A DNA stretch of 50,858 bases from a virus: the IMG/VR virus record IMGVR_UViG_3300020215_000011, one strand, 5' to 3'. The position numbers and the translations under genes were made by a program. Below, piece by piece: positions 40,989 through 48,523 of the stretch. The number at the start of each line of letters is the position of its first letter. The first letter of the stretch is position 1. The notes beneath the pieces were generated by a model. It did no database searches. It saw only the letters and a list, made by a program, of their open reading frames with translations, and was not told the origin of the DNA.

Positions 40989-41176
40989 CAGCCGTAGCTC
41001 ACGATGAGTTCGGGTGAGGTCGAGGACAGGTGCGCGTCTAGGGACGCGATCGTGGCGTCCCGTTGCTCGGTCGTCGCCCCGTTCAGACCCATTCCGTCAG
41101 CCTCCACGAAGTCAATCCAACGGCAGCGGCGGGGAGCCCCAGTGTTCCAGCCGGCGCGGCGCAGCAGGGTCCTCAT
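40988..41176 (-). CDS. Hypothetical protein (62 aa)
   Basis: ATGA overlap. Confidence 0.5.
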   Translation of the reverse strand: MRTLLRRAGWNTGAPRRCRWIDFVEADGMGLNGATTEQRDATIASLDAHLSSTSPELIVSYG

Positions 41177-42495
41177 CGGTCCAGCACGGTCCGCATGGCG
41201 GTGATCCACGAGTCGAGACGCTGGCGCTGCGCGCGGGAGCCGGCCTTGAACGCGGACGCGCCGATCGTCCCGCCGCCGAGATGGACGTAGAACGGAATCG
41301 CCCGGTCATCGCACGCAACGTCGCAGGTATGCCCTCTGAAGGCGGCCTGATACAGCATGGTCGCCCGCCAGCCTGGTTCAACACTCTCGGCAACGTCGTA
41401 CTCCGGCATCTTCGGCGCGAGATTCATCGTGGCAAACGTAGCCACATCGAACAGCGTCCCGGCGGAATGACCGCGCTGGCTCCGCCGGCTCACGATCGCC
41501 GCCGCGGGCAATGGCTGCCGCAGGAGATAGGACAGCCAGCCGGCGCGGACGGGCAGCGCGTCGTCGTGCATGATGAAAACGTGCGAATATCCCGCAGCCC
41601 CGGCCCGATCGAGCGCGCCGCGCAGCATGCGGAGCGCGAGCGCGTTAGCCTCGCCGCCGCGTTCGTCCCACGGCCCGTGATCCAGCAGGAACACGTCGTG
41701 GGGGACGTCCTGCGTGAACCGCGCTATCGCATCGCGGGCGAGGTTCGCCAGCGCGCGCTCGCCTGAAGACGGGATCAGGATGGCGACACGCCTCGCCGCG
41801 GCCTTGATTTGCAGCGCCTCCAGCATGGCCGTAAGCGTGTCGTTCATCGCCACGTCGCACGCGCGGCCGGCAGCCGCAGCGGCCCTGGCGGCCGTCCCGA
41901 AGGATGCAGAGGTCGCGGCCGTGGCCGCGGCCGACGTGACGGCGGCGTTAATGGCCATGAAGACGGCGAGGGCGGGGTCAGGCGAGGTGACCACGTTCGC
42001 CGCCGCGATGGCCGCGTGAGCGGTTGCCGACCAGTAGCGTTCATAAAACGTCCTCCGTGCGGCCCACGCTCCGTGGGCCGCCGCGTCGAGATCCACCCGA
42101 CTAGCCTCGCCATGCCGGTACGCCTCCGCGGCCCGCAACACCTCATACGCGCGTCGGTCCACCGTGAGGCCGCGCGCCGCAGCCCGGTCCAGCGCCTGCG
42201 TCCCCACCACCAGCGCGAACGCGCGCAGCGTATCCGTGCAGTCGGCGGCCCAGAGCACCCGGCGCTCGCTCGCGCACACCTTGTCCTCGTCGCGCTCGAT
42301 CGCCCCTGACAGTTCCACGCGGGACACGACGCACGGCATTCCGGGCGGCGCATAGCGCAGCGCATCCAGGGCGCGCTCGCTGGCGTGTAGACCGCGCGCG
42401 CCCAAGGCTAGGGGCGGCAGCACGGTGTACGTAGCGACGTCGAGCGGCTGGCCATCGCGGAGTTTCCAGTTCGCGGCGAAATGCCAGCCGATCAT
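41173..42495 (-). CDS. Two-domain protein: unknown N-domain plus GT2-like glycosyltransferase C-domain (440 aa)
   Basis: ..VAILIPSSGER.. and ..FIMHDDALP.. (DxD-like) in the C-terminal half. Confidence 0.5.
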   Translation of the reverse strand: MIGWHFAANWKLRDGQPLDVATYTVLPPLALGARGLHASERALDALRYAPPGMPCVVSRVELSGAIERDEDKVCASERRVLWAADCTDTLRAFALVVGTQALDRAAARGLTVDRRAYEVLRAAEAYRHGEASRVDLDAAAHGAWAARRTFYERYWSATAHAAIAAANVVTSPDPALAVFMAINAAVTSAAATAATSASFGTAARAAAAAGRACDVAMNDTLTAMLEALQIKAAARRVAILIPSSGERALANLARDAIARFTQDVPHDVFLLDHGPWDERGGEANALALRMLRGALDRAGAAGYSHVFIMHDDALPVRAGWLSYLLRQPLPAAAIVSRRSQRGHSAGTLFDVATFATMNLAPKMPEYDVAESVEPGWRATMLYQAAFRGHTCDVACDDRAIPFYVHLGGGTIGASAFKAGSRAQRQRLDSWITAMRTVLDR

Positions 42496-43565
42496 CCGAC
42501 GAGCTCCGTGTAGACCGCCATCGTCCCGCGCACGCACCGCTCCCACCGGAAGTGGCGGTCGATCCGCTCGCGGGCCGCCTCGCCGAACAGGCGCCGCACC
42601 GGAGCGTGGTCGATCAGGAGTCGCAGCGCACGCACATAGTCGTCCTTCGTCCGGCAGACGAATCCCGCGTCGCCGACGAGCTCCGGTAGTGACCCCGCGT
42701 CCGAGGTCACAACCGGCAGCCCGGAGGACATGGCTTCCCCGACCGCTAGGCCGAAACCCTCCATCGACGACGGGAACACGAAGATGTCCGCGCGCTGATA
42801 CCACGCCGGCTTGTCCGCCTCCGGGATGTACCCGCTGCACGAGAAACCTTGCGCCTCGAGCATGGCGCGGTCCGGGCCGTCGCCCGCGATCACGAGCGAC
42901 GCGCTCGGGCGCTCGACCGCGCGCCACACGTCGAGAAGCAGGCCTAGGTTCTTTCTCGGCTTCAACCCGCCGAGGAACAGGACGCGGACTTTTCCGTCAT
43001 GCGGGACCTGCCGCGGCGTGAAGCGGCGATCGATCCCGTAAGGAACGACCCGCACGTGATCCGTCCTGAACCCTTCCGCCGCCATCTGGCGCCGAGCGAA
43101 CTCGCTGCCGACGATCACCCGGTCCACCAAGCGGACGACTTGCCGCTCGACCGGCCACGGCCCCGCGTCAAGGTGGTGGTGATGGGCCACGATGGGAACG
43201 GACCACCCATAGCGGCGCTTCGCGATCAAGCACGCCGGCCCCATGAACTTGAGGCTGTGGACGCGGAGCACATCGAACGGGTGGAGATGCCGGAGGGCCC
43301 GGGGAACGACGAACGGGGCGATCGTCCAGTGCAGTCCTCGCGCAACCGGAAATCGCGTCACAGCCCGCCCGAGGCTCGCAGGATGCGGCTTCCCGTGGGC
43401 CAGCAGGATCTTCTGCTGGGCTGGCAGGCGCGTCAGCAGATCGACCTCGTAGCGTTCGCCCCCGGAGTTCGTTTCCGGGTCGAGACCACAGTGGGGGGAA
43501 CAGACGACTATCAGGGGGGTCCCTCCGGCCGTCCGCCGCGCCCGTCGTCGTCTTCGTCCGTCCAC
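42492..43565 (-). CDS. GT4-family (GT-B) glycosyltransferase; true start probably near 43514
   Basis: ..FPSSMEGFGLAVGEAMSSGLPVVTSD.. EX7E motif; GC3 favours the upstream gene frame for 43514-43565; a CTGA junction lies at 43511-43514. Confidence 0.7.
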   Translation of the reverse strand: MDGRRRRRARRTAGGTPLIVVCSPHCGLDPETNSGGERYEVDLLTRLPAQQKILLAHGKPHPASLGRAVTRFPVARGLHWTIAPFVVPRALRHLHPFDVLRVHSLKFMGPACLIAKRRYGWSVPIVAHHHHLDAGPWPVERQVVRLVDRVIVGSEFARRQMAAEGFRTDHVRVVPYGIDRRFTPRQVPHDGKVRVLFLGGLKPRKNLGLLLDVWRAVERPSASLVIAGDGPDRAMLEAQGFSCSGYIPEADKPAWYQRADIFVFPSSMEGFGLAVGEAMSSGLPVVTSDAGSLPELVGDAGFVCRTKDDYVRALRLLIDHAPVRRLFGEAARERIDRHFRWERCVRGTMAVYTELVG

Positions 43566-43858
43566 GGCCTGATGTGCGGCTTACGCGCCCCGAGCAGTTG
43601 GGGCAGATGCTTCCCGCACGCCGGATTCACGAGCTCGTCGCCGCAGACAGAGCAGCGCGCTTCGCCCGTCTCGGGCGCCTTCGGGCCTGCGGCGTGCAGC
43701 GCGGCCGCGAACGGTCGCAGCGCGTCGCGGACTTCGTTGCAGTGGAAGTTGTGGCGCTCGTCCCCGGGACAGGCGTAGTCGCCGCAATGCGCGTAGCACG
43801 AGTCCGGGTCGTCAGGATCACCGAGCAGGTCGATTAGCTTCCGCCGCGCCGTCTCCAT
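43511..43858 (-). CDS. Cys/His-rich protein (115 aa)
   Basis: Internal ATG; multiple C..C/H pairs; contains an internal hairpin copy at 43663-43679. Confidence 0.55.
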   Translation of the reverse strand: METARRKLIDLLGDPDDPDSCYAHCGDYACPGDERHNFHCNEVRDALRPFAAALHAAGPKAPETGEARCSVCGDELVNPACGKHLPQLLGARKPHIRPWTDEDDDGRGGRPEGPP

Positions 43859-43860
43859 GC

Positions 43861-44601
43861 TCAGTCCCCTTCGCGCCGACGTGTCCAGCGGTAGGCGTTG
43901 TTCATCGCGTCCTCGTCGATCATTCCGGCATACAGGTGGTTCGCGCGCGACGGTTCGACGTACGTCCTCACCCACTTCCCGCCTTGCAGCGGGTGTTGCA
44001 GGTGCTCCACGTACCGCCGCGCGATCGGCTCGGTCAGCGCGACGGCGCTCAACACGGTCGCGCCAGATTTAGCGAGGCTCCACACGAGCCAGATGGGGAT
44101 CTCCCGCTCCAGTACGGCGCCCTCGCTGGCGCCCGAGGCGGGCGTTGCGCCTCCGGCGCGAAGGCGGGCGCGCTCGTCGAAGGCATTCGCGGCGGCGACG
44201 ATGAACTCGGCGGTTGCGCGGCCCGCTACGAGCGCGACGGGGCCACTCTCACCCAGCGGCGGATAGATGCCGTACTCGTCGTCCAGTTCGCCCTCGTACG
44301 GCGCGTCGGGGAAGTGGTGCTCGACGTACCTCCACCGCTTCGGGTGCCCGATCGTCTCGCCCTTGCCGTGAGGCCCGGACACCTCCCACGGTCGCGCCGG
44401 CACCTCGCCCGCCTCGGACGCCATCGGTGGCGGTGGGGCGACGAGGGCGGCGGCCGTCAGGCGTCGCGCTTCGACTTCCCGCCGGGCCTTTTCTTGGATC
44501 GCCTCGTGGATGGTGTAGCCCTCGCGCTGGATATCGTCGTAGGTCACATCCGCGCGCTGCCACGCCAGCAGGGCGGCTCTCAGTCGCTCCTCGGGGGTCA
44601 T
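43861..44601 (-). CDS. Ead/Ea22-like domain protein (246 aa), paralog 3
   Basis: ..ARPWEV..GPVALVAGRATAEFIVAAANAFDE..; 17-mer hairpin 5 nt upstream. Confidence 0.55.
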   Translation of the reverse strand: MTPEERLRAALLAWQRADVTYDDIQREGYTIHEAIQEKARREVEARRLTAAALVAPPPPMASEAGEVPARPWEVSGPHGKGETIGHPKRWRYVEHHFPDAPYEGELDDEYGIYPPLGESGPVALVAGRATAEFIVAAANAFDERARLRAGGATPASGASEGAVLEREIPIWLVWSLAKSGATVLSAVALTEPIARRYVEHLQHPLQGGKWVRTYVEPSRANHLYAGMIDEDAMNNAYRWTRRREGD

Positions 44602-44810
44602 CGTCGGGCGCCCTCGACGGGCGGGGTGTCGTGCCTCAGCACGCACCGCTGGCCGACCTCGGCGTGCGCTCGCGCGGCTCGGAAATCGAACACGTTGAGG
44701 GACGCCAGCACGAGGTCAAAGTCCTTCGCCGCCTGCCGCAGCGCGCTTCGCAGCGTCTCGGCGCACGCCCCGCACAGGCTTCCGCTCCCTAGATCACACC
44801 AGCTACACAT
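44598..44810 (-). CDS. Zinc-ribbon small protein (70 aa)
   Basis: MCSWCD..CGAC; ends ..PPVEGARR in a 17-mer hairpin. Confidence 0.55.
   Translation of the reverse strand: MCSWCDLGSGSLCGACAETLRSALRQAAKDFDLVLASLNVFDFRAARAHAEVGQRCVLRHDTPPVEGARR
44607..44623 (-). promoter_or_regulatory. Start-associated hairpin, identical 17-mer
   Basis: 5 nt upstream of ATG 44601. Confidence 0.7.
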
Positions 44811-45318
44811 GGGGAGTCTCCTTGGCGCCCTCGACGGGCGTACCCGCAGCCTTCGGGAGCAGTTCGGCCAGCGCGTAGCGGAGCAGGCACACCGCGTCCA
44901 CCTCGTTGTCGTCGTACTCGCGCTTCCCGAGCCATCCTCGAGCTATGGCAGACTCGGTCATAGCGAACTTGTCGCCGCGGCCTGAGCCCGTCGCGAACTT
45001 CTTGAGCGTGGCCGAATGCACAGCGGCGTGCTCGATCTCCCACTCAGCGCAAAACTCCTGCACGCGGGTCGCGAACCCCGCCGCCACCTCGGTCGCGGCA
45101 CCGCCGCGATGGTGCGTCTGCTCGTACACGACGAGATTGAACGAACGGCCCAACGACAGACGGTTCACCTCGTCCAGCCAGCGGTTGAAGCGCAGGTAGC
45201 GCATCCCCGGCGACTCGCCACGCTTCACGTCGAACACCTGCACACCCGACGTCATCACCGACCCGACGCGAGTTGCCCAGCCCGTCTTCGTCCCGAGATC
45301 CAACGCCAGTACGTTCAC
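44803..45318 (-). CDS. ruvC: RuvC-like Holliday junction resolvase (171 aa)
   Basis: MNVLALDLGTKTGWA.., ..VVYEQ.., ..DDNEVDAVCLL.. acidic catalytic pattern. Confidence 0.75.
   Translation of the reverse strand: MNVLALDLGTKTGWATRVGSVMTSGVQVFDVKRGESPGMRYLRFNRWLDEVNRLSLGRSFNLVVYEQTHHRGGAATEVAAGFATRVQEFCAEWEIEHAAVHSATLKKFATGSGRGDKFAMTESAIARGWLGKREYDDNEVDAVCLLRYALAELLPKAAGTPVEGAKETPHV
44824..44840 (-). promoter_or_regulatory. Start-associated hairpin, identical 17-mer
   Basis: 13 nt upstream of ATG 44810. Confidence 0.7.
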
Positions 45319-45725
45319 CGCGCGCTCCTTTCGTTCCCTTCGGACACCGCGTCGAGGGCCGCCAGCGCGGCGACCAATTCGTCGGCGCCGACCGCTCGCG
45401 TCTCTCCGTCCGCGACCTTGCGCGCCAGCCCCGCGTACGTCGCATAGACCTGCGCCGCTTCCGCGACCGCCAAGAGCGCCTTGTACGTGTTCCGGGCGGT
45501 GGCGATGAACTCGGCGTTGGCTTTAGCCTCGGCCATTGGGATCGGCGGGGTGCCGGGTGTGCAGACCGCGCTACCAGCCGTGCGCCCGTACGTCTTGGCG
45601 ATCATCGCCAAGCCCTTCACCGATATGGCGACGTGATGCTGCCCGCTACCGCTCAGGTTTCCTGCGCGCCACTCGCCCGCCGTCGCGGCCGCTTCCAGGG
45701 CTTTCAGCCGGTCAAGGGCACTCAC
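45315..45725 (-). CDS. Ead/Ea22-like protein (136 aa), paralog 4
   Basis: ..GEWRAG.. ..EAKANAEFIATARNTYKALL.. Confidence 0.55.
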   Translation of the reverse strand: MSALDRLKALEAAATAGEWRAGNLSGSGQHHVAISVKGLAMIAKTYGRTAGSAVCTPGTPPIPMAEAKANAEFIATARNTYKALLAVAEAAQVYATYAGLARKVADGETRAVGADELVAALAALDAVSEGNERSAR

Positions 45726-46090
45726 GCGGGCGTCCCTTCGGGACGAGGGTCGCGGCGAACCAGCAGGTAGCCGCCGTAGTAGCCGTTGCTGTCGTTGCGA
45801 TAGTCGATCGTCGCCGTCCCGTGCTCGGTCGTGATCGCCAGCCCGTAGTACGCGCGCGTCGTGTGTTCGTCGGGATCACCGAGCTCCGGCATCTCCGCTT
45901 CCTGAACGTTCGTCACCGTGCCGCACAGCGCCGTCTCGTTGAGCACCTGCTCAACCCATGTGTTCGAGCATCAGTCCCCTTCGGGGATCAACTGCACCGC
46001 GCCCTCATCGGTCAGCAGCGTGATGCCGTCCGCGTCGATCGTGACTTCACGAATCGTCATGCCCACGAGCGTGTTGAGATCGCTACGCAT
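45722..46090 (-). CDS. 122-codon gene interrupted by an in-frame TGA (45971-45973) at codon 40
   Basis: ATG 46090 (GAGGGAG upstream) ...LIPEGD-TGA-CSNTWVEQVLNETALCG...NDSNGYYGGYLLV.. all in one frame; ends in a GTGA overlap. Confidence 0.5.
45938..45955 (-). other. Perfect 7-bp hairpin GUUGAGC-AGGU-GCUCAAC, 15 nt 3' of the in-frame UGA
   Basis: Read directly; the loop contains the GTG 45946 restart candidate. Confidence 0.8.
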
Positions 46091-46325
46091 AGTTCGCGTC
46101 TCCCTCGGGTGAGTTGTTCACTTCGCGCCGCCGGTCCCCGCCGAGGCGGCCACGCCCGTCCTGCACCCCGTACAGCCGGAGGAGCCGCACGAAGTACGTG
46201 CGCTGCATCCCGAGCGATGCGGCCGCGCGCGTGCGATGCCCGTCGTGCGCGGCCAGCGCCTCCGCCAGCAGATCGCGCTTGAAGGCGAGCACCCGGCGCT
46301 CGTAGGCGTTGATACCAGGCGTCAT
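46083..46325 (-). CDS. Fis-type HTH DNA-binding protein (80 aa; possible GTG 46517 extension)
   Basis: ..RDLLAEALAAHDGHRTRAAASLGMQRTYFVRLLRLYG.. matches the Fis/NtrC C-terminal HTH pattern. Confidence 0.6.
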   Translation of the reverse strand: MTPGINAYERRVLAFKRDLLAEALAAHDGHRTRAAASLGMQRTYFVRLLRLYGVQDGRGRLGGDRRREVNNSPEGDANYA

Positions 46326-46513
46326 CAGCGTGATCCGGGGCGTCTGGCGGCGACGAGCTCCGCCGGCCGGCACAGACGCCGCGTGTGGACTCGCCGGGCT
46401 GGCGTGGAGGCCACTTTTCTTCCGGCCCAATACCCTACTGGCGGGGTCGGGCCGATCGCCCGCCACAGCGCCTTGTAGCTCGTCACACGCGGGGACGGTG
46501 GATAACTGGCGTC

Positions 46514-47239
46514 TCACGGGCGTCGCTCCGCGACGGGCTCGCCCGCGAACAGGACTTCTTGGCGAAGTCTTTTGACCGCGATCTCGCAGTACCTCGGCTC
46601 GATCTCGATCCCGATGGCGCGCCGGCCGAGGTTCTTGGCGGCGTGCAGGGTCGTGCCCGACCCCGAGAAGGGCTCTAGGATCAGATCGCCGGGACCGCTT
46701 TCGCGGATGATCCGCTCGATGAGCGCAATCGGCTTTTCGGCGGCGTGGCCGTTGGGGCGGGCACTCGCCCACTGAGCGCGCCAGATGTCTGGAAGGCCAC
46801 GGTTCGGAATCGCGAAGCCGTCATGCGCGAACAGCGCGACGAGTTCATACGATGGCCGCAGCCCCTGCACGCCGCCGGGGCCGATCCACTCCTTGTCCCA
46901 CACGAGCAGAGATTCGATCGGCCACAGCGCCTCGTAGGCGGCTCTGGCGAGGATCGGGAAGCTGCGCCACGAGTTGAAGATCCACGCCGCGCCTTGCCGT
47001 GATTGCGTGAGACGGTACGCCTCACGAATCCATGAGGCGTACCACCGCGCCCCGTTCATCAGGTCGCCCCACCCGCCCGCCTTGCCCTCCTGCGCGGTCG
47101 ATGCGAGGCCGAAGGAGTACGGCGGGTCCGTGACGACCAGATCGACGCTCGGCAGTAACGGCATGATGTCGAGCGCGTCCCCGCAGTAGAGCGTGATCCC
47201 CGGCTCCTCGTGAAACAGGTAGTCGCGGAGGGACTTCAT
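46514..47239 (-). CDS. Beta-class DNA methyltransferase, probably N6-adenine (241 aa)
   Basis: DPPY (..LVVTDPPYSF..) precedes FxGxG (..EPFSGSGTT..). Confidence 0.8.
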   Translation of the reverse strand: MKSLRDYLFHEEPGITLYCGDALDIMPLLPSVDLVVTDPPYSFGLASTAQEGKAGGWGDLMNGARWYASWIREAYRLTQSRQGAAWIFNSWRSFPILARAAYEALWPIESLLVWDKEWIGPGGVQGLRPSYELVALFAHDGFAIPNRGLPDIWRAQWASARPNGHAAEKPIALIERIIRESGPGDLILEPFSGSGTTLHAAKNLGRRAIGIEIEPRYCEIAVKRLRQEVLFAGEPVAERRP

Positions 47240-47664
47240 GCGAACTGCGTCCGCTTGAAGCTGCCCGCCGCCGTCAGCGAGTGCGCCTCTTTCGCCAGCA
47301 GGCTCGGCGTGCGGGCGCCGCCGGCTCCGCGCCGCGAGCGCATCTCGATCCCGTCCTTCCGCATCCGCGAGACCTGGTGATCGAGCGTCCCCGGCCGCAC
47401 CTTGAAGTCCCGGCAGATCGCCGCCACCGCGTCGCCGGCATTCCACCGCTGCGCCAGCAGCGCCGTCCGCTCCTCGGTCCACACGACGCGCCGCCCGATC
47501 TTCGCCACCGGCCCGAGCGGCACCGCCGCCGCAGGCGGCGCCCAGGAAGGCGTGAGGACCGCCGTGACGCTCTTGCCGTGGATGCAACTGACCACCCGGA
47601 CCTGCTGGTAGCCGTCCGAGTCCGTCGCTTCGCGGATGATTCCGCAGGCCATGACGTCGTGCAT
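47236..47664 (-). CDS. GcrA-like DNA-binding domain protein (142 aa)
   Basis: ..VVWTEERTALLAQRWNAGDAVAAICRDF.. resembles the GcrA N-terminus (WTDERVELLKKLWSEG..). Confidence 0.45.
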   Translation of the reverse strand: MHDVMACGIIREATDSDGYQQVRVVSCIHGKSVTAVLTPSWAPPAAAVPLGPVAKIGRRVVWTEERTALLAQRWNAGDAVAAICRDFKVRPGTLDHQVSRMRKDGIEMRSRRGAGGARTPSLLAKEAHSLTAAGSFKRTQFA

Positions 47665-48071
47665 CAGGCGCCCTCGACGGGCGAAGAAACGGCGGCGTGT
47701 TCACGCTGTGCGTCGATCAGGCGCTTGGCTTCGTCGAGCGCGGCTTTCGTGCCGACCAGCCAGCCGCCCGCCTCGCGGTACACCATGCAGGCGTGGCCCG
47801 CCGGCATATCCGCGAGCACGATGCCGTCGCCGCGCCAGAACACGGCGTTGCCGAGTCTGAGCAGCGTCGGCTTCGCGTCCTCGCCGTCGTCGTCCTCGTC
47901 GAAGCCGGCCGCCTTAACCAGCGCCGAGTAGATCGCATTCCCGAGCTTCGTGCGCTCCTGCTCGGCTTCCGCGCGCGCCTCGGGACCGAGCCACGAGAAC
48001 CACTGCGTGACAATGTCGAGCGCCGTGTCGTGCAGCGAGTCCATCGCCGCGCGCGCCATCGCGTCGTTCAT
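47664..48071 (-). CDS. Hypothetical protein (135 aa)
   Basis: Internal ATG with GGAGGGCAGGGGA upstream. Confidence 0.55.
   Translation of the reverse strand: MNDAMARAAMDSLHDTALDIVTQWFSWLGPEARAEAEQERTKLGNAIYSALVKAAGFDEDDDGEDAKPTLLRLGNAVFWRGDGIVLADMPAGHACMVYREAGGWLVGTKAALDEAKRLIDAQREHAAVSSPVEGA
47667..47683 (-). promoter_or_regulatory. Start-associated hairpin, identical 17-mer
   Basis: 2 nt upstream of ATG 47664. Confidence 0.7.
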
Positions 48072-48127
48072 TCCCCTGCCCTCCGTCCGTTCGTCGTTCA
48101 CCACCACGCCCCGCGCGCAGCGCGCCC

Positions 48128-48523
48128 TCACAAGGCCACCGCCCGCGCAGCAATCTGCCGCATGTACTCCCGGAACAACTCCCGGTGCCCCTGGATCTCG
48201 AGCGCGCACCGCCCGCACGTCTCCCCGTTCCGCCGCCCCGCCGCCCACTCGTGCGGACACGTCGCCCGCCGCCGCAGCGCCGGAATCTGGCACCCGGAGC
48301 ACAGCCGCTTGCCGCGGTCCTCGAGACAGGGCGTGTCGTCCTCGAATGCGCGGACGGACGAGTCGTGCGAGCCGCAGGCGTAGCAGTGCTGCACGGGCGT
48401 CCACGCGCCGCGGCTGCGCTCGTCGCGGATCTTGATGCACGCCAGGCACCGCTCCGGGTCCGGGTGTGTCTCGCTCTCGGGCTCGAGCGCAGGCGCTTCC
48501 GTGTCGCGTCGAATGCGGCTCAT
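48128..48523 (-). CDS. Cys-rich protein (131 aa)
   Basis: ATGA overlap; CLAC, CYAC, CSGC, CGRC pairs. Confidence 0.55.
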   Translation of the reverse strand: MSRIRRDTEAPALEPESETHPDPERCLACIKIRDERSRGAWTPVQHCYACGSHDSSVRAFEDDTPCLEDRGKRLCSGCQIPALRRRATCPHEWAAGRRNGETCGRCALEIQGHRELFREYMRQIAARAVAL

